Of a stretch of DNA of 64,000 nt, positions 12,012 to 23,595 are shown one piece after another (position 1 is the first letter of the stretch; each line of letters begins with the position of its first letter). A program made the position numbers and the translations under genes. Source of the stretch: an uncultured bacterium. GTDB taxonomy: Bacteria > Actinomycetota > Actinomycetes > S36-B12 > CAIKAW01. The stretch is from NCBI GenBank assembly GCA_903825575.1, contig CAIKAW010000047.1:21891-85890 (forward strand). The letters are read 5' to 3'. The notes under the pieces are model-generated. The model was given only the letters and a program-made list of their open reading frames with translations. It was not told the DNA's origin and did no database searches.

Positions 12012-12032
12012 AGAAGACCTCTCACAAGTAAG

Positions 12033-12596
12033 TCAGTGGGGATAGCCCAATAAGTCTAGCAAGGCCGAGGCGGCTGCTTCGACCGATGAGTTCACGATCG
12101 TGACATCAAACTCCGCTTCGGCGGCTAATTCGACTCGCGCGACCCCCAGCCGACGCTCTACCACCTCAGGGGCTTCGGTGCCTCTACCGATCAGTCGACG
12201 GACCAACTCGTCCCAATTTGGGGGTGCCAGGAAGACCAGCAGAGCATCAGGATCGACCAATCTGAGCGTCCGGGCCCCCTGCAACTCAATCTCGAGCAAC
12301 ACCGAATACCCGGCCGCGAGATGAGCCTCAACCGGCTCGGACGTGGTCCCGTACCGGTTTCCTGCGAACTCGGCCCACTCCAGAAAGGCCCCGGTCGATA
12401 CCAGTTGGTCGAATTGGGCGTCGCTGACAAAGTGATACTCGCGGCCGTCAAGTTCGCCAGGTCGCGGCGCACGTGTCGTCGTAGAGATCGAGAGCCAGAT
12501 CCGCGGCTCTAGGCCACACACGCAATTCACGACCGTGCTCTTTCCAACTCCGGAAGGACCCGAGAGCACGACCAAGCGCGGCGTCGGTTCGCTCAT
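12033..12596 (-). CDS. gmk: guanylate kinase
   Basis: 187 aa with P-loop GPSGVGKST and TTRAPRPGE. Confidence 0.93.
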   Translation of the reverse strand: MSEPTPRLVVLSGPSGVGKSTVVNCVCGLEPRIWLSISTTTRAPRPGELDGREYHFVSDAQFDQLVSTGAFLEWAEFAGNRYGTTSEPVEAHLAAGYSVLLEIELQGARTLRLVDPDALLVFLAPPNWDELVRRLIGRGTEAPEVVERRLGVARVELAAEAEFDVTIVNSSVEAAASALLDLLGYPH

Positions 12597-12904
12597 CCGA
12601 CGAGCCGTAACAGCTCTTGGCGCTGACCGACACCCAGACCACCCACTCGACGATTGGCGGCGATTCCAACTTCGGCCATCAACTCCCCAGCCCGGACCGG
12701 ACCAATCCGCGGTAGGGCTGCCAGCAAGCCGGGAACTCCCATCCTGGCCACGATCGGATCTGTTCCAGCCAACTCAAAAACATCACCCAGCCGCAGCCGC
12801 CCGGCCTTTAGATCGGCCTTAACAACTGCTCGCCGCCCACGTGCTGCAGAGGCTGCGGCGACGGCTAGGGCCCGGCCCGCTGCATCCATCGGCGTCAGAG
12901 TCAT
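12593..12904 (-). CDS. mihF: actinobacterial integration host factor
   Basis: 103 aa, a mIHF-like sequence in the conserved pyrF-mihF-gmk context. Confidence 0.82.
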   Translation of the reverse strand: MTLTPMDAAGRALAVAAASAARGRRAVVKADLKAGRLRLGDVFELAGTDPIVARMGVPGLLAALPRIGPVRAGELMAEVGIAANRRVGGLGVGQRQELLRLVG

Positions 12905-13620
12905 GCCAAGTCCACGTCTTTGGCTCGGTCCGACAACAGGCCCTCGGCGATTGCCGCAGCAGCAGCACCTGGGTCGGAGGCAGCGGTGATCGGACGACCG
13001 ATTACAAGCAGGTCTGCCCCGGCTGCCAGAGCGGCCGCCGGCGTAGCGACTCGGGACTGATCACCCAATGCCGAATCTGCCGGTCGTACCCCTGGGGTGA
13101 TCAGAACAATGCTTGGCCCGACGGCCGCACGCACCGCAGCTACTTCCAAGGGGGAGCACACGATCGCCCGGGCGCCAGCGGAAACGGCCGAAACCGCAAG
13201 TCGGCGAACGAGTTCGGTTGGGTCGTCCCGCCAGCCGAGTTCCGCTAGCTCGTCGGCCCCCAAAGAAGTCAGGACGGTCACGGCCGTTATCAGCGTGTCC
13301 GGCAAAGCGGTCGCGGCAGCTTCGATCATTGCCCGGCCACCGGCCGCGTGGACCGTGAGGAACCGTGGCGCAATGTCAGCTAAGGCCCTTGCAGCACCTG
13401 CGACTGTGGCTGGAATGTCATGCAGCTTTAGGTCAAGGAAGAGGTTGGTATCGGGAGCGCCTTCGCGCGCGGCAACCACGGCAGCTCGACCATCTCTAAG
13501 GAAGGTTTCGAGCCCTACCTTCATCGTGGCGACGATCGGTCCGGTTGCGACCGCCCAAGCCCGCAGGGTGGCTAGGTCTGGAGCGTCAAGGGCAACCGCG
13601 ATCGGGGCAACTACGGCCAC
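12901..13620 (-). CDS. pyrF: orotidine 5'-phosphate decarboxylase
   Basis: 239 aa with ALD...DLKLHDIP motifs. The start is GTG. Confidence 0.9.
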   Translation of the reverse strand: MAVVAPIAVALDAPDLATLRAWAVATGPIVATMKVGLETFLRDGRAAVVAAREGAPDTNLFLDLKLHDIPATVAGAARALADIAPRFLTVHAAGGRAMIEAAATALPDTLITAVTVLTSLGADELAELGWRDDPTELVRRLAVSAVSAGARAIVCSPLEVAAVRAAVGPSIVLITPGVRPADSALGDQSRVATPAAALAAGADLLVIGRPITAASDPGAAAAAIAEGLLSDRAKDVDLA

Positions 13621-14654
13621 CGGGGCACCGGGCCGGAATGATGCTCTGCGCCCAGCTCGGGTTCCGGCTCAACATCGGCACCCCGATGAGCATGTCCGAC
13701 GGCATCGGTCAGGCGTTCAAACCCACGCAGTGCCAACTCGTGACGTAGTTCGCTGAGCACGCGAGCCGGGGCCGCCGGATCGTTGAAGGTCGCGGTACCT
13801 ACGGAAACAGCACTTGCTCCGGCCAGGATGAATTGCAATGCATCCACTCCGTTACGGATGCCACCCATGCCAAGGATCGGAACCTCGGGCAGCGCCTGGT
13901 GCACCTCCCAAACGCAACGAACGGCAACTGGACGGATGGCCGGACCTGAGAGCCCGCCGGTGATTCCGGCAAGTTGCGGCCGCATCGTCGTCGTATCTAT
14001 CACCAGCCCTAGGAGCGTGTTGATCAGCGCTAAACCGTCGGCCCCGGCTCGCACACAGGCACGCGCGATCTCGACGATGTCAGTGACGTCCGGGGAAAGT
14101 TTGGCAATCACCGGGATATCGGACGGCGTATTCCGACGCACGTTCGTAATCACGGCAGCCGCTGAAGCCGGATCTCGAGCGAAGATCAACCCCTTGTTTT
14201 CGACATTCGGGCAAGAGATGTTCACTTCGATAGCAACAATCTCGGGAACGTTGCGCAACTTCTGAGCCAACTTCGTGTACTCGTCGGCATTCGAACCTGC
14301 GATCGACACCACAGTGCGCACCCCGCGCTCTCGCAACCAAGCCAAGTCGTGCTCAATAAACCCGTCGATTCCGGGCCCCTGCAGCCCGATGGAGTTGAGC
14401 ATGCCGCTTGGGGTCTCGGCCATTCGTGGAGTTGGGCGCCCCGACCGCGGTGCCAGCATGATGCTCTTGGTCACCAATGCACCGATCTTGGTGATGTCAA
14501 AGAATGTGTCTAACTCGCGGCCAGAAGCGGCGCAACCACTCGCGGTCAGCACCGGATTGGGCAGCCAGGTGCCACCAAGTTCGGCAGTCATATCGACGTC
14601 ATGCCCAAGCTGCTCAACCGGAATCGGACCATATGAGATGACTGCGCGCGTCAT
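13611..14654 (-). CDS. pyrD: dihydroorotate dehydrogenase, class 1B catalytic subunit
   Basis: ASGCA and NISCPN motifs. ATGA overlap with the pyrK stop. Confidence 0.9.
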   Translation of the reverse strand: MTRAVISYGPIPVEQLGHDVDMTAELGGTWLPNPVLTASGCAASGRELDTFFDITKIGALVTKSIMLAPRSGRPTPRMAETPSGMLNSIGLQGPGIDGFIEHDLAWLRERGVRTVVSIAGSNADEYTKLAQKLRNVPEIVAIEVNISCPNVENKGLIFARDPASAAAVITNVRRNTPSDIPVIAKLSPDVTDIVEIARACVRAGADGLALINTLLGLVIDTTTMRPQLAGITGGLSGPAIRPVAVRCVWEVHQALPEVPILGMGGIRNGVDALQFILAGASAVSVGTATFNDPAAPARVLSELRHELALRGFERLTDAVGHAHRGADVEPEPELGAEHHSGPVPRWP

Positions 14655-15502
14655 GCCTTACTCCCCGGTGCTCCGTAACAGTCTGCGGGAATTGTGTCGA
14701 GGTCATCCCAGCGAATTCGGTCGCCTCGGAACACCGGCCCGTCAACGCAGGACCGCAGCATGCGTGTCACGCCATCGTCTCCGATCACCGGCAACACGCA
14801 GGTCATGCAAACGCCGATTCCGCAAGCCATGGACTCTTCCACGGCGGTTTGGACATGGGCACCGTGACTGCGTGCAAGTTCGGTTACCGCAGCCAACATT
14901 GGCATGGGGCCGCAGGCATACACGACATCGGTATTTGTGCGGGACATGATCTCGGGCAAGACATCGGTGACTCGTCCCCGAGTGCCTGTGGACCCGTCGT
15001 CAGTGGTGATCGTCAGGGTTGATGCCATCCGCTTGGCGTCAAGCACGTTAAACAATCTGTCTTCTGTGGCAGCACCCAAAACAACGTCAACCCGACAGCC
15101 GCGAGTGCGCAATTCTTCGGCCAGCATGAAAAGCGGTGCAGCTCCATAACCGCCGCCAACAAGCAGCGCCGAGACTGGCTGCTTGGGCAAGGCAAATGGG
15201 CGCCCAAGCGGCCCAACGACATCGATCGGATCGTGCCGATGCAGGTTGGCCAACCACTGGGTACCGGGACCGGCAACTCCAACAGCAATGTCGACCGTGC
15301 CGCCGTAAACCCCACGCAGAGTCACACCGTGAATAGAGAAAGCCCGCCGCAGCAACATGGCGGAGTTATCTCCACCGACGGCCAGCGCAACAAAGTGCCC
15401 TGGGCGCGCGGCTTCGGGCACCCCGGGGGCGGTGATGGTGAGCACGTGATACGAACCGACCCGGCGAGTGCCGAGCAGTTCGCCGCGCACTTGCACCGGC
15501 AT
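14651..15502 (-). CDS. pyrK: dihydroorotate dehydrogenase electron-transfer subunit (FAD, 2Fe-2S)
   Basis: Ferredoxin-reductase-like fold with a C-terminal cysteine cluster (MACGIGVCMTC...C). It lies immediately upstream of pyrD. Confidence 0.88.
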   Translation of the reverse strand: MPVQVRGELLGTRRVGSYHVLTITAPGVPEAARPGHFVALAVGGDNSAMLLRRAFSIHGVTLRGVYGGTVDIAVGVAGPGTQWLANLHRHDPIDVVGPLGRPFALPKQPVSALLVGGGYGAAPLFMLAEELRTRGCRVDVVLGAATEDRLFNVLDAKRMASTLTITTDDGSTGTRGRVTDVLPEIMSRTNTDVVYACGPMPMLAAVTELARSHGAHVQTAVEESMACGIGVCMTCVLPVIGDDGVTRMLRSCVDGPVFRGDRIRWDDLDTIPADCYGAPGSKA

Positions 15503-18500
15503 CAGAGTCCAGCCTTCCCGTCGATCGACCTTGCGAGTGCGTCCCTAGCTCTCAAGGTGGCCAAGTCGCTGGCGAATTCTTGCAGCGACCTGACCCGAGT
15601 CGTACCGCGGAGCAGCGATTCGATGCCCTGCACCGCCGCCGCCAAACCCTGCACGGTGGTGACACACGGCACGCCCTTGAGGACCGCAGCCGTTCGGATC
15701 TCGTACCCGTCGAGCCTAGGACCAACACCGTACGGGGTGTTCACGATCAGATCTACGTCCCCGTTGAGGATCGCCTCAACTGCTGTGGGGGCTCCAGAGA
15801 GGCTTGGCCCGTCGTGGTGCTTGCGCACGACGGTAGCGACTAGGCCGTTGCGCCGAAGTACTTCGGCGGTTCCGGCGGTAGCGAGAATCTCGAACCCTAG
15901 ATCCGCCAGACGCTTGACCGGAAACACCATCGAACGTTTGTCGCGGTTCGCAACCGAGATGAAGGCCCGGCCCGAGGTCGGAAGGCCACCGGCGTAGGCG
16001 GCGCTCTGGGATTTGGCGAACGCCGTGCCGAATTCGGCATCGATGCCCATCACCTCGCCCGTCGAACGCATCTCAGGGCCGAGGACCGTGTCGACGCCAT
16101 GGAATCGCCCGAACGGAAGCACCGCCTCTTTGACTGCGATGGGAGCACCGATCGGCAGGGTGCCCCCGTCGCCAAACTCCGGTAGCAACCCTTCAGTCCG
16201 CAGTGAGGCGATGGAAGCCCCAAGCATCACACGCGCGGCCGCCTTTGCTAACGGCACCGCGGTTGCCTTAGACACGAATGGGACGGTTCGCGAAGCCCGG
16301 GGGTTTGCTTCAAGCACATAGAGCACATCACCGGCCAATGCGTACTGCACGTTAAGCAGGCCCAGAACTCCAACTCCACGCGCGATCGCTTCGGTGCTGA
16401 TTCGGATGCGCTCGATCTCTTCTTGCCCAAGTGTGATCGGAGGCAATGCGCAGGCCGAGTCCCCAGAATGAATTCCGGCTTCTTCGATGTGCTCCATCAC
16501 TCCACCGAGGAATAGCTCGTTTCCGTCAAAGATCGCATCGACATCAATCTCGATCGCGTCGTCAAGGAATCGGTCGACGAGCACTGGATGCTCCGGACTG
16601 ACTTGGGTCGCCCGATCGATGTACCCGGCCAACATCGGCTCGTCGTACACGATTTCCATACCGCGACCACCTAGGACATACGAGGGACGTACAAGCACCG
16701 GATACCCGATCTCAGCGGCAATCGCCTGCGCCTGTGCGAATGATGACGCAGTGCCATGCCTAGGGGCTGGGAGGCCGGCCTGGGCCAGCACTCGTCCGAA
16801 TGCCCCGCGTTCCTCGGCCAGATGGATAGATTCCGGCGACGTTCCCACAATTGGGACGCCAGCATCTTTTAGCGCCTGAGCCAACCCGAGCGGCGTCTGG
16901 CCGCCAAGTTGAACAACAACTCCGACCACTTCGCCGGAGGTCCTTTCCGCGTGCACCACTTCAAGGACGTCTTCCAACGTCAAAGGCTCAAAGTAAAGTC
17001 GATCCGAAGTGTCGTAATCGGTAGACACGGTCTCAGGATTGCAATTGACCATGACCGTCTCATAGCCAACGTCGCGCAATGCCATTGCAGCGTGTACGCA
17101 CGAATAGTCGAACTCGATCCCTTGCCCGATTCGATTCGGACCCGACCCCAGGATGATCACCTTCGGCTTGGTACTCGGCGCAACCTCGGTCTCTTCGTCG
17201 TACGTCGAGTAGTGGTACGGCGTCGAAGCCGCAAACTCGGCAGCGCAGGTGTCGACGGTCTTGTACACCGGTCGCACGCCGAGACTGTGCCGCAATTGAC
17301 GCAATTCGGCTTCGCTGCCGCCACGTAATTGCGCCAACTGACGGTCGGAGAATCCATTCCGCTTGGCAACGAACATTAGGTCCGCACCCAAATCAGATGC
17401 AGCCCGAATTTCATCGGCTAGGTCATTGATATCGCAGAGTTGGTCAAGGAACCAGGGATCAATCCCGGTTACCTCGAAGACGTCTTCGATGGTTGCTCCG
17501 GCCCATAAAGCGCGTTGAACGAAGGACAAGCGGCCGTCATGGGGAACCGCCGCCGCCGCCAGAGTCGCCGTGAGGTCCACCTCACTTCGGTTACTTGGCC
17601 ACGTGAAGGGCGCACTGGGGCTTTCAAGACTTCGCAGGGCCTTCTGCAGTGCCTCGGCGAAGTTACGACCGATGGCCATTGCCTCCCCGACGCTCTTCAT
17701 TGTGGTTGTAAGGCGCGGGTCAGCAGCCGGGAACTTCTCGAACGCGAACCGCGGCACCTTTACGACCACATAGTCAAGCGCTGGTTCGAAGGACGCTGGA
17801 GTCTCACGGGTGATGTCATTGGGAATTTCATCGAGGGTGTAGCCAAGGGCCAACTTGGCGGCGATCTTGGCGATTGGGAACCCCGTCGCCTTTGACGCCA
17901 GCGCGGATGACCGCGACACCCGTGGGTTCATCTCGATGACGATGAGTCGGCCAGTTGCCGGTTCAACCGCAAACTGAATATTGCACCCGCCAGTGTCTAC
18001 CCCTACCGCGCGGATGATCTGGATACCGACGTCGCGCATGTGCTGGTATTCGCGGTCGGTCAAGGTCAGGGCTGGCGCAACAGTGATGCTGTCGCCGGTG
18101 TGAACACCCAGCGGATCTAGATTCTCGATCGAACACACCACGACGACGTTGTCGTTGCGGTCGCGCATTAGCTCGAGTTCATATTCCTTCCAGCCCAAGA
18201 TCGATTCTTCGAGCAGGATCTCGCTAGTTGGGCTAGCCGATAGCCCGAGGCCGGCGATCTGGCGTAAGTCGTCTTCGTCATAGGCAATCCCAGAACCCGC
18301 GCCACCCATAGTGAATGAAGGACGCACCACAACCGGATAGCCCAGTTCTTGAGCGCCAGCAACGACTTCATCCATCGAATGACAAATCACTGAGCGGGCG
18401 CTTTCGGCGCCCAGCGCAGTAACTATCTTCTTGAACAGTTCGCGGTTTTCGCCAGACTGGATCGCATCGATGCTGGCACCGATCAACTCGACCCCGTACT

Positions 18501-18828
18501 TCTCAAGTACACCGTTCTCGTGCAGGGCGACTGCCGCATTCAGGGCAGTCTGACCGCCGAGGGTCGCTAGCAAAGCGTCTGGACGTTCGCGGGCGATGAC
18601 GGCCTCGATGTACTCCGGTGTGATCGGCTCAACATAAGTCGCGTCCGCGAGTTCGGGGTCTGTCATGATCGTGGCCGGATTGCTATTGACCAGAATCACG
18701 CGAATACCTTCTTCGCGCAGAACTCGGCAAGCCTGGGTACCCGAGTAGTCGAACTCACAGGCTTGCCCGATCACGATCGGACCCGAACCGATGACCAAGA
18801 CGCTGTGGATATCTTCACGACGCGGCAC
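15502..18828 (-). CDS. carB: carbamoyl-phosphate synthase large subunit
   Basis: About 1108 aa with duplicated ATP-grasp halves. I moved the start to GTG 18828 ([23 protein letters not shown]). Confidence 0.95.
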   Translation of the reverse strand: MPRREDIHSVLVIGSGPIVIGQACEFDYSGTQACRVLREEGIRVILVNSNPATIMTDPELADATYVEPITPEYIEAVIARERPDALLATLGGQTALNAAVALHENGVLEKYGVELIGASIDAIQSGENRELFKKIVTALGAESARSVICHSMDEVVAGAQELGYPVVVRPSFTMGGAGSGIAYDEDDLRQIAGLGLSASPTSEILLEESILGWKEYELELMRDRNDNVVVVCSIENLDPLGVHTGDSITVAPALTLTDREYQHMRDVGIQIIRAVGVDTGGCNIQFAVEPATGRLIVIEMNPRVSRSSALASKATGFPIAKIAAKLALGYTLDEIPNDITRETPASFEPALDYVVVKVPRFAFEKFPAADPRLTTTMKSVGEAMAIGRNFAEALQKALRSLESPSAPFTWPSNRSEVDLTATLAAAAVPHDGRLSFVQRALWAGATIEDVFEVTGIDPWFLDQLCDINDLADEIRAASDLGADLMFVAKRNGFSDRQLAQLRGGSEAELRQLRHSLGVRPVYKTVDTCAAEFAASTPYHYSTYDEETEVAPSTKPKVIILGSGPNRIGQGIEFDYSCVHAAMALRDVGYETVMVNCNPETVSTDYDTSDRLYFEPLTLEDVLEVVHAERTSGEVVGVVVQLGGQTPLGLAQALKDAGVPIVGTSPESIHLAEERGAFGRVLAQAGLPAPRHGTASSFAQAQAIAAEIGYPVLVRPSYVLGGRGMEIVYDEPMLAGYIDRATQVSPEHPVLVDRFLDDAIEIDVDAIFDGNELFLGGVMEHIEEAGIHSGDSACALPPITLGQEEIERIRISTEAIARGVGVLGLLNVQYALAGDVLYVLEANPRASRTVPFVSKATAVPLAKAAARVMLGASIASLRTEGLLPEFGDGGTLPIGAPIAVKEAVLPFGRFHGVDTVLGPEMRSTGEVMGIDAEFGTAFAKSQSAAYAGGLPTSGRAFISVANRDKRSMVFPVKRLADLGFEILATAGTAEVLRRNGLVATVVRKHHDGPSLSGAPTAVEAILNGDVDLIVNTPYGVGPRLDGYEIRTAAVLKGVPCVTTVQGLAAAVQGIESLLRGTTRVRSLQEFASDLATLRARDALARSIDGKAGL

Positions 18829-19957
18829 GACTTGCACCGCCTTCAACTAGCTGGACGAAGCGATCAAACAGGTAAGCGGCATCGTGCGGTCCGGCAGCAG
18901 CTTCGGGGTGGTACTGGACGCTGAAGGCTGGCACATCCAGGCACTTCAGGCCTTCGACTACGTTGTCGTTCAGACACACGTGACTGACCGCTGCAAGTCC
19001 ATGTGGTGTCACTAGCGGACCATTTGTCGGGGCGGCCACTGCGAAGCCGTGGTTATGAGCGGTGACCTCAACTTTCCCGGTTGAAAGGTCCTGCACCGGC
19101 TGATTGATTCCGCGATGCCCGTAGCGAAGTTTGTAGGTTTCGAAGCCGAGCGCACGACCGAGCACTTGGTGGCCGAAGCAGATTCCGAAAAGCGGCCGAC
19201 CGGCGTTCAAGACGGCGCGCACTAGTTCGACGGCGTGATCCGCGGTTCCCGGATCGCCAGGTCCGTTCGAAAGGAAGATTGAGTCGGTGTTCAGCGCCAG
19301 CAGCTCGGTGGCAGTGATTCCGGCAGGAACTACGTGGACGTCGACACCACGTTCTGCCAACAAGCGGGGCGTCATCGCCTTGATCCCAAGGTCTATGGCC
19401 GCGACACTAAAACGCTTTGGCCCAACCGCTGGAACTAGGTAGGGCTTTGGCGTTGTGACATCGGCAGTCAAGTCGGCACCGAGCATTTCCTGACTATCGA
19501 GTACTGCCTGCAATAGCTCAGCCTGCGAGCGGTCAGCGGCGGCCCCGCTGAATAGGCCAACTCGCATTGCCCCCCGTTCGCGCAAGTGTCGCGTCAACGC
19601 GCGGGTATCGATATCGCACACTCCCACGATGCCTTCGGCGAGCAAGCGCTCATCAAGGGAACCGCGTGACCTCCAATTCGAAGGACGGTGGACCGGATCG
19701 CGAGCCACATAGCCACTTACCCAGATCCGCGCGGACTCGTCGTCTTCATCGTTAATTCCGGTATTGCCGATGTGCGGCGCGGTCATCACGACAACCTGCT
19801 TGTGATAAGACGGGTCAGTCAACGTCTCTTGGTATCCGGTCATTGCGGTGTTGAACACGGCCTCACCGAATGTTTCCCCGATCGCACCGTAGGCCCGCCC
19901 GCGGAAGGTTCGACCATCCTCGAGGACGAGCAGTGCCGGCTCGCGACTGCCTCTCAA
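18815..19957 (-). CDS. carA: carbamoyl-phosphate synthase small (glutaminase) subunit
   Basis: LVLEDG N-terminus and a class-I glutamine amidotransferase (GICFGHQ). The TTG start overlaps the upstream stop. Confidence 0.93.
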   Translation of the reverse strand: MRGSREPALLVLEDGRTFRGRAYGAIGETFGEAVFNTAMTGYQETLTDPSYHKQVVVMTAPHIGNTGINDEDDESARIWVSGYVARDPVHRPSNWRSRGSLDERLLAEGIVGVCDIDTRALTRHLRERGAMRVGLFSGAAADRSQAELLQAVLDSQEMLGADLTADVTTPKPYLVPAVGPKRFSVAAIDLGIKAMTPRLLAERGVDVHVVPAGITATELLALNTDSIFLSNGPGDPGTADHAVELVRAVLNAGRPLFGICFGHQVLGRALGFETYKLRYGHRGINQPVQDLSTGKVEVTAHNHGFAVAAPTNGPLVTPHGLAAVSHVCLNDNVVEGLKCLDVPAFSVQYHPEAAAGPHDAAYLFDRFVQLVEGGASRAAS

Positions 19958-20523
19958 CTGCCCTCCTCTAACCCGGATTGTCCGCCAAGCATGCCGCGAA
20001 TCATGAGTACTATCCCTGACCGGTCGGCTTCTGAGTCAGATCGGACCCCGGTATCGACGAGGTGTCCCCCTAGTCGCCAGGACACGATAACCACGCCGTC
20101 TGTCTCGAACTCTTTTCCAGCTAGGCCTTTAGCCCGGCGTACACCTGCGATGGAGTTGACTGGGATCGCAAGATCGAGCGCACCAGCGCGAGTGAAGAGC
20201 AGTCCGGCACCTAGCGCGGCAACAGACACGGGACCGGCCACGCTCAGATCGTGTGCCCTGATCCGAGCAAGCCAATCGCCAGAACGAGTGGTTCCCAAAT
20301 ACTTTCCCACGAATGGACCACCAACCAGGCCCCCCGGTTCATCGAAAGCAACTAACGGTGGGGGCACCTCCCGAAGAGCCGCGCCACGATTGGTCCGACT
20401 CCGCACGGCCCACAAAGCCCATGCGATTAGCACCAAGATCAGGCCACTAATAAGCATTCGCAAATTGTTCGATGTCTGCCCCGCGACAGCGATTAGGGCT
20501 CGCGTCGAATTGCTTGTAGTCAT
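19954..20523 (-). CDS. membrane protein embedded in the pyr operon (function unknown)
   Basis: 189 aa with one N-terminal transmembrane segment. ATGA overlap with the pyrC stop and overlap with the carA start indicate co-translation with the operon. Confidence 0.6.
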   Translation of the reverse strand: MTTSNSTRALIAVAGQTSNNLRMLISGLILVLIAWALWAVRSRTNRGAALREVPPPLVAFDEPGGLVGGPFVGKYLGTTRSGDWLARIRAHDLSVAGPVSVAALGAGLLFTRAGALDLAIPVNSIAGVRRAKGLAGKEFETDGVVIVSWRLGGHLVDTGVRSDSEADRSGIVLMIRGMLGGQSGLEEGS

Positions 20524-21824
20524 ACGTTCGACCTCGCAACTAACTCGCCGTCGAGCACCGTCGGATCACCGTGTAGGAAGGTGGCTCGCACACGTCCGGT
20601 GAGTTCGCGCCCTGCGTATGGATTGTTCCGACTGCGCGACGCGCCTGCATTCGGATCGACAACGTATGAAGCGCTTGGATCGAAAATGACTAGGTTCGCC
20701 GGTTCCCCGACTGCAATCGGGCGGCCATGCTCGCTCAGTCGACCAATCCCAGCGGGCGCAACTGACATCCGGGCTGCCACGCCGGCCCAATCCAAACGGC
20801 CGGACTCCACCATCGTGGTGTTCACCACGGCCAAGGCATCTTCAAGACCCAGCATGCCGGGCGAAGCGTCGGCCCACTCACAGTCCTTGTCTTCAATCGG
20901 ATGCGGCGCATGGTCCGTGGCAACCGCGTCGATCGTCCCGTCGGCAAGTCCGTCTCGCAGCGCCTCGACGTCGGCTGCCGTGCGCAATGGCGGATTGACC
21001 TTGTACCGAGGGTCATAAGTAGCGACTAGATCGTCGGTGAGCAGCAGGTGGTGGGGCGTGACCTCGGCTGTCACATCGATGCCGCGAGACTTGGCCCAAC
21101 GGATGATTTCAACAGATCCGGCCGTACTGACGTGGCACACATGTAACCGCGAGCGCACGTGCTCGGTAAGCAGCACGTCGCGGGCGATGATCGCCTCTTC
21201 AGCAACCGCTGGCCAACCTGTCAGTCCCAAAAGGGCCGACATCGCCCCTTCGTTCATCTGAGCACCTTCGGTGAGCCTGGGTTCCTGCGCATGCTGGGCA
21301 ATTACGCCGTCGAATGCCTTCACATATTCCAGCGCCCGCCTCATAATTACGGCATCCCAGACACATTTGCCGTCATCGCTGAAGACCCGAACTGCGGCCG
21401 GGGAATCGGCCATCGCACCAAGCTCGGCAAGTTGCGAGCCTGCCAACCCCAGGGTTACTGCGCCCACTGGTCGCACGTCGCACCAACCTGACGCTCGGCC
21501 CAGCCGCCACACCTGTTCGACCACACCGGCCGTGTCAGCTACCGGGTCTGTATTGGCCATCGCATGGACGGCCGTGAATCCTCCGAGCGCCGCAGCCCGG
21601 GTACCTGTCTCTACAGTTTCGGCATCCTCGCGACCGGGTTCGCGCAAGTGAGTGTGCAAGTCAACCAACCCGGGCAGCAGGACCATTCCGGCCCCGAGCA
21701 CCTCGATTGCACCGTCTGTCGCGATTGTGCCCGAGAGTTCAATCGCTGAAATTCGACCGGCAGAAATACGAATATCAACTTCGGCTCCACCAAGCGGACG
21801 CACGTTTCGCAGCACAAAGCTCAT
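20520..21824 (-). CDS. pyrC: dihydroorotase
   Basis: 434 aa with the [10 protein letters not shown] metal-binding motif. Confidence 0.93.
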   Translation of the reverse strand: MSFVLRNVRPLGGAEVDIRISAGRISAIELSGTIATDGAIEVLGAGMVLLPGLVDLHTHLREPGREDAETVETGTRAAALGGFTAVHAMANTDPVADTAGVVEQVWRLGRASGWCDVRPVGAVTLGLAGSQLAELGAMADSPAAVRVFSDDGKCVWDAVIMRRALEYVKAFDGVIAQHAQEPRLTEGAQMNEGAMSALLGLTGWPAVAEEAIIARDVLLTEHVRSRLHVCHVSTAGSVEIIRWAKSRGIDVTAEVTPHHLLLTDDLVATYDPRYKVNPPLRTAADVEALRDGLADGTIDAVATDHAPHPIEDKDCEWADASPGMLGLEDALAVVNTTMVESGRLDWAGVAARMSVAPAGIGRLSEHGRPIAVGEPANLVIFDPSASYVVDPNAGASRSRNNPYAGRELTGRVRATFLHGDPTVLDGELVARSNV

Positions 21825-22801
21825 AGCGGCCTGCCTTCACTGACTGGAACGCCATTGGAACCGTCTGAGAGTTCGCTGCCCCCGAGTAACAAATACAGCA
21901 CAGCCATTCGAACGCTGACGCCGTTCGTCACCTGCTCAACGATGACCGATCGCGGCGAGTCAGCTACCTCCGCGGCAATCTCCATGCCCCGATTCATCGG
22001 ACCTGGATGCATCACAATCGTGTGCGGTTGCAGCAGTTTCATACGGTTGACATCTAGTCCGTAGCGACGACTGTATTCGCGGGCACTTGGGAAATATGCG
22101 GCACTCATCCGCTCGCGCTGCACCCGCAACATCATTACGACATCGGCCGTCGGAAGTGATGAATCGAGGTCATACGACACCGAACAAGGCCAGAGTTCGA
22201 CGCCCACCGGCAGCAGGGTCGGCGGGGCAATCAGCGTGACCTTGGCACCCAAGGTACGAAGTAGCAGCACATTGGAGCGAGCTACCCTGCTGTGCAGGAC
22301 ATCGCCAACGATTACGACATCCAAGCCAGCCAGATCCCCGACGCCACCGGCGAGGTGCCGGCGCATCGTGAATGCATCAAGGAGAGCCTGTGTCGGATGT
22401 TCGTGGGTGCCGTCGCCGGCATTGACGACGCTGCCCCGAATCCATCCGGAGGTGGCCAGTCGATGTGGTGCGCCGCTAGCGCTATGCCGAATGACCACGG
22501 CATCGGCACCCATCGCTTCTAACGTCAATGCAGTGTCCTTGAGACTTTCGCCCTTGGACACACTCGATCCTTTTGCTGCGAAGTTGATCACATCCGCCGA
22601 AAGTCGCTTCGCGGCGGCTTCGAAAGAGATCCGGGTACGCGTTGAGTCTTCGAAGAACAAATTGACCACCGTGCGTCCGCGCAGCGTCGGGAGCTTCTTA
22701 ACTGGCCGATCGGCAACGGCGGCTAGCTCGGCCGCCGTATCGAGGATCAAGAGTGCGTCCGGAAGATCAAGGTCGGCGGCAGAAAGCAGGTGGCGTTTCA
22801 T
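21821..22801 (-). CDS. pyrB: aspartate carbamoyltransferase catalytic subunit
   Basis: 326 aa with STRTR and HPTQ motifs. Confidence 0.94.
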   Translation of the reverse strand: MKRHLLSAADLDLPDALLILDTAAELAAVADRPVKKLPTLRGRTVVNLFFEDSTRTRISFEAAAKRLSADVINFAAKGSSVSKGESLKDTALTLEAMGADAVVIRHSASGAPHRLATSGWIRGSVVNAGDGTHEHPTQALLDAFTMRRHLAGGVGDLAGLDVVIVGDVLHSRVARSNVLLLRTLGAKVTLIAPPTLLPVGVELWPCSVSYDLDSSLPTADVVMMLRVQRERMSAAYFPSAREYSRRYGLDVNRMKLLQPHTIVMHPGPMNRGMEIAAEVADSPRSVIVEQVTNGVSVRMAVLYLLLGGSELSDGSNGVPVSEGRPL

Positions 22802-23361
22802 TCGGGCGTACCTTCCTCATCGGGCCCACCGAGCAGGACTCCGTCGACCCCGTCGATCTCAACGAGTTGCACCCGAACGTTTTCACGCAGTGATGTGGGC
22901 AGGTTCTTACCTACGTAGTCGGCTCGGATGGGCAGTTCGCGATGACCACGATCGACTAACACGGCCAGTTGGACCGACCTAGGGCGCCCAATGTCGCCAA
23001 GTGCGTCCAGAGCAGCCCGGATCGTGCGACCGGAGAAGAGCACATCATCTACGAGTACCACCACGGCGCCGTCAATACCGCCTGGAGGAAGCTCTGTGCG
23101 CTCAAGAGCCCGGGCCGGGCGTAATCGCAGATCGTCGCGGTACATGGTTATATCCAACGAGCCGACCGGGATTTGGTGCCCAACGACATCGGCAATCCGT
23201 TCGCCGATTCGGTTGGCGATTGGAACGCCACGAGTAGGGATCCCGAGCAGAACGACGTCACCGCCGCGAGTGCGTTCAACAATTTCGTGTGAGATGCGGG
23301 TCAAAGCCCGGCCCACATCGGCGGCGTCGAGGACCGGCCGCATTTCTTGGTTGGCAGACAT
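22798..23361 (-). CDS. pyrR: bifunctional pyr operon regulator / uracil phosphoribosyltransferase
   Basis: PRTase motif [14 protein letters not shown] moved the start to ATG 23361, which is preceded by GGAGG. Confidence 0.9.
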   Translation of the reverse strand: MSANQEMRPVLDAADVGRALTRISHEIVERTRGGDVVLLGIPTRGVPIANRIGERIADVVGHQIPVGSLDITMYRDDLRLRPARALERTELPPGGIDGAVVVLVDDVLFSGRTIRAALDALGDIGRPRSVQLAVLVDRGHRELPIRADYVGKNLPTSLRENVRVQLVEIDGVDGVLLGGPDEEGTPE

Positions 23362-23378
23362 GTCTGTCGACCTCCTTC

Positions 23379-23397
23379 CCCGCCTCACCGGACGGGT
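23379..23397 (-). promoter_or_regulatory. candidate PyrR-binding RNA hairpin next to the pyrR ribosome-binding site
   Basis: The minus-strand RNA reads CCCG-UCCGGUGAGG-CGGG followed by GAAGGAGG. The loop resembles the PyrR binding-loop consensus UCCAGAGAGG, with 2 differences. Confidence 0.5.
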
Positions 23398-23556
23398 CGT
23401 TAAAGGATGTCTGAACAACCAGACCCTAGCAGCGCCGCGGCCTCCTTACCGGAGACCCCCCACCGGACAGTTTGACTACCAGGCGTGACCACCGCGGCCC
23501 CCTTGGCAATCTTGGTGCCATGTTGTTCTATCAAAATCCCATAACTCTGGGTAGTC

Positions 23557-23569
23557 TCACTCCGGGTTA
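23557..23569. promoter_or_regulatory. BldD-box-like palindrome upstream of bldD
   Basis: TCAC-TCCGG-GTTA fits TNAC-N5-GTNA. It lies 27 nt upstream of the bldD ATG, next to a TAGTCT -10-like hexamer. Confidence 0.4.
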
Positions 23570-23595
23570 CCGGGGGCTACAGAAAGGCACTACCA

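Noticed and set aside
15233-15997. Long plus-strand ORFs antisense to the housekeeping genes. This one is an example; others include 2992..3699, 4475..5386, 19688..20602, 22236..22982 and 60132..60818.
   Set aside because: They lie entirely inside well-supported minus-strand genes. They are Arg/Pro/Ser/Ala-rich with no recognisable motifs, and they are the expected shadow ORFs of a high-GC genome.
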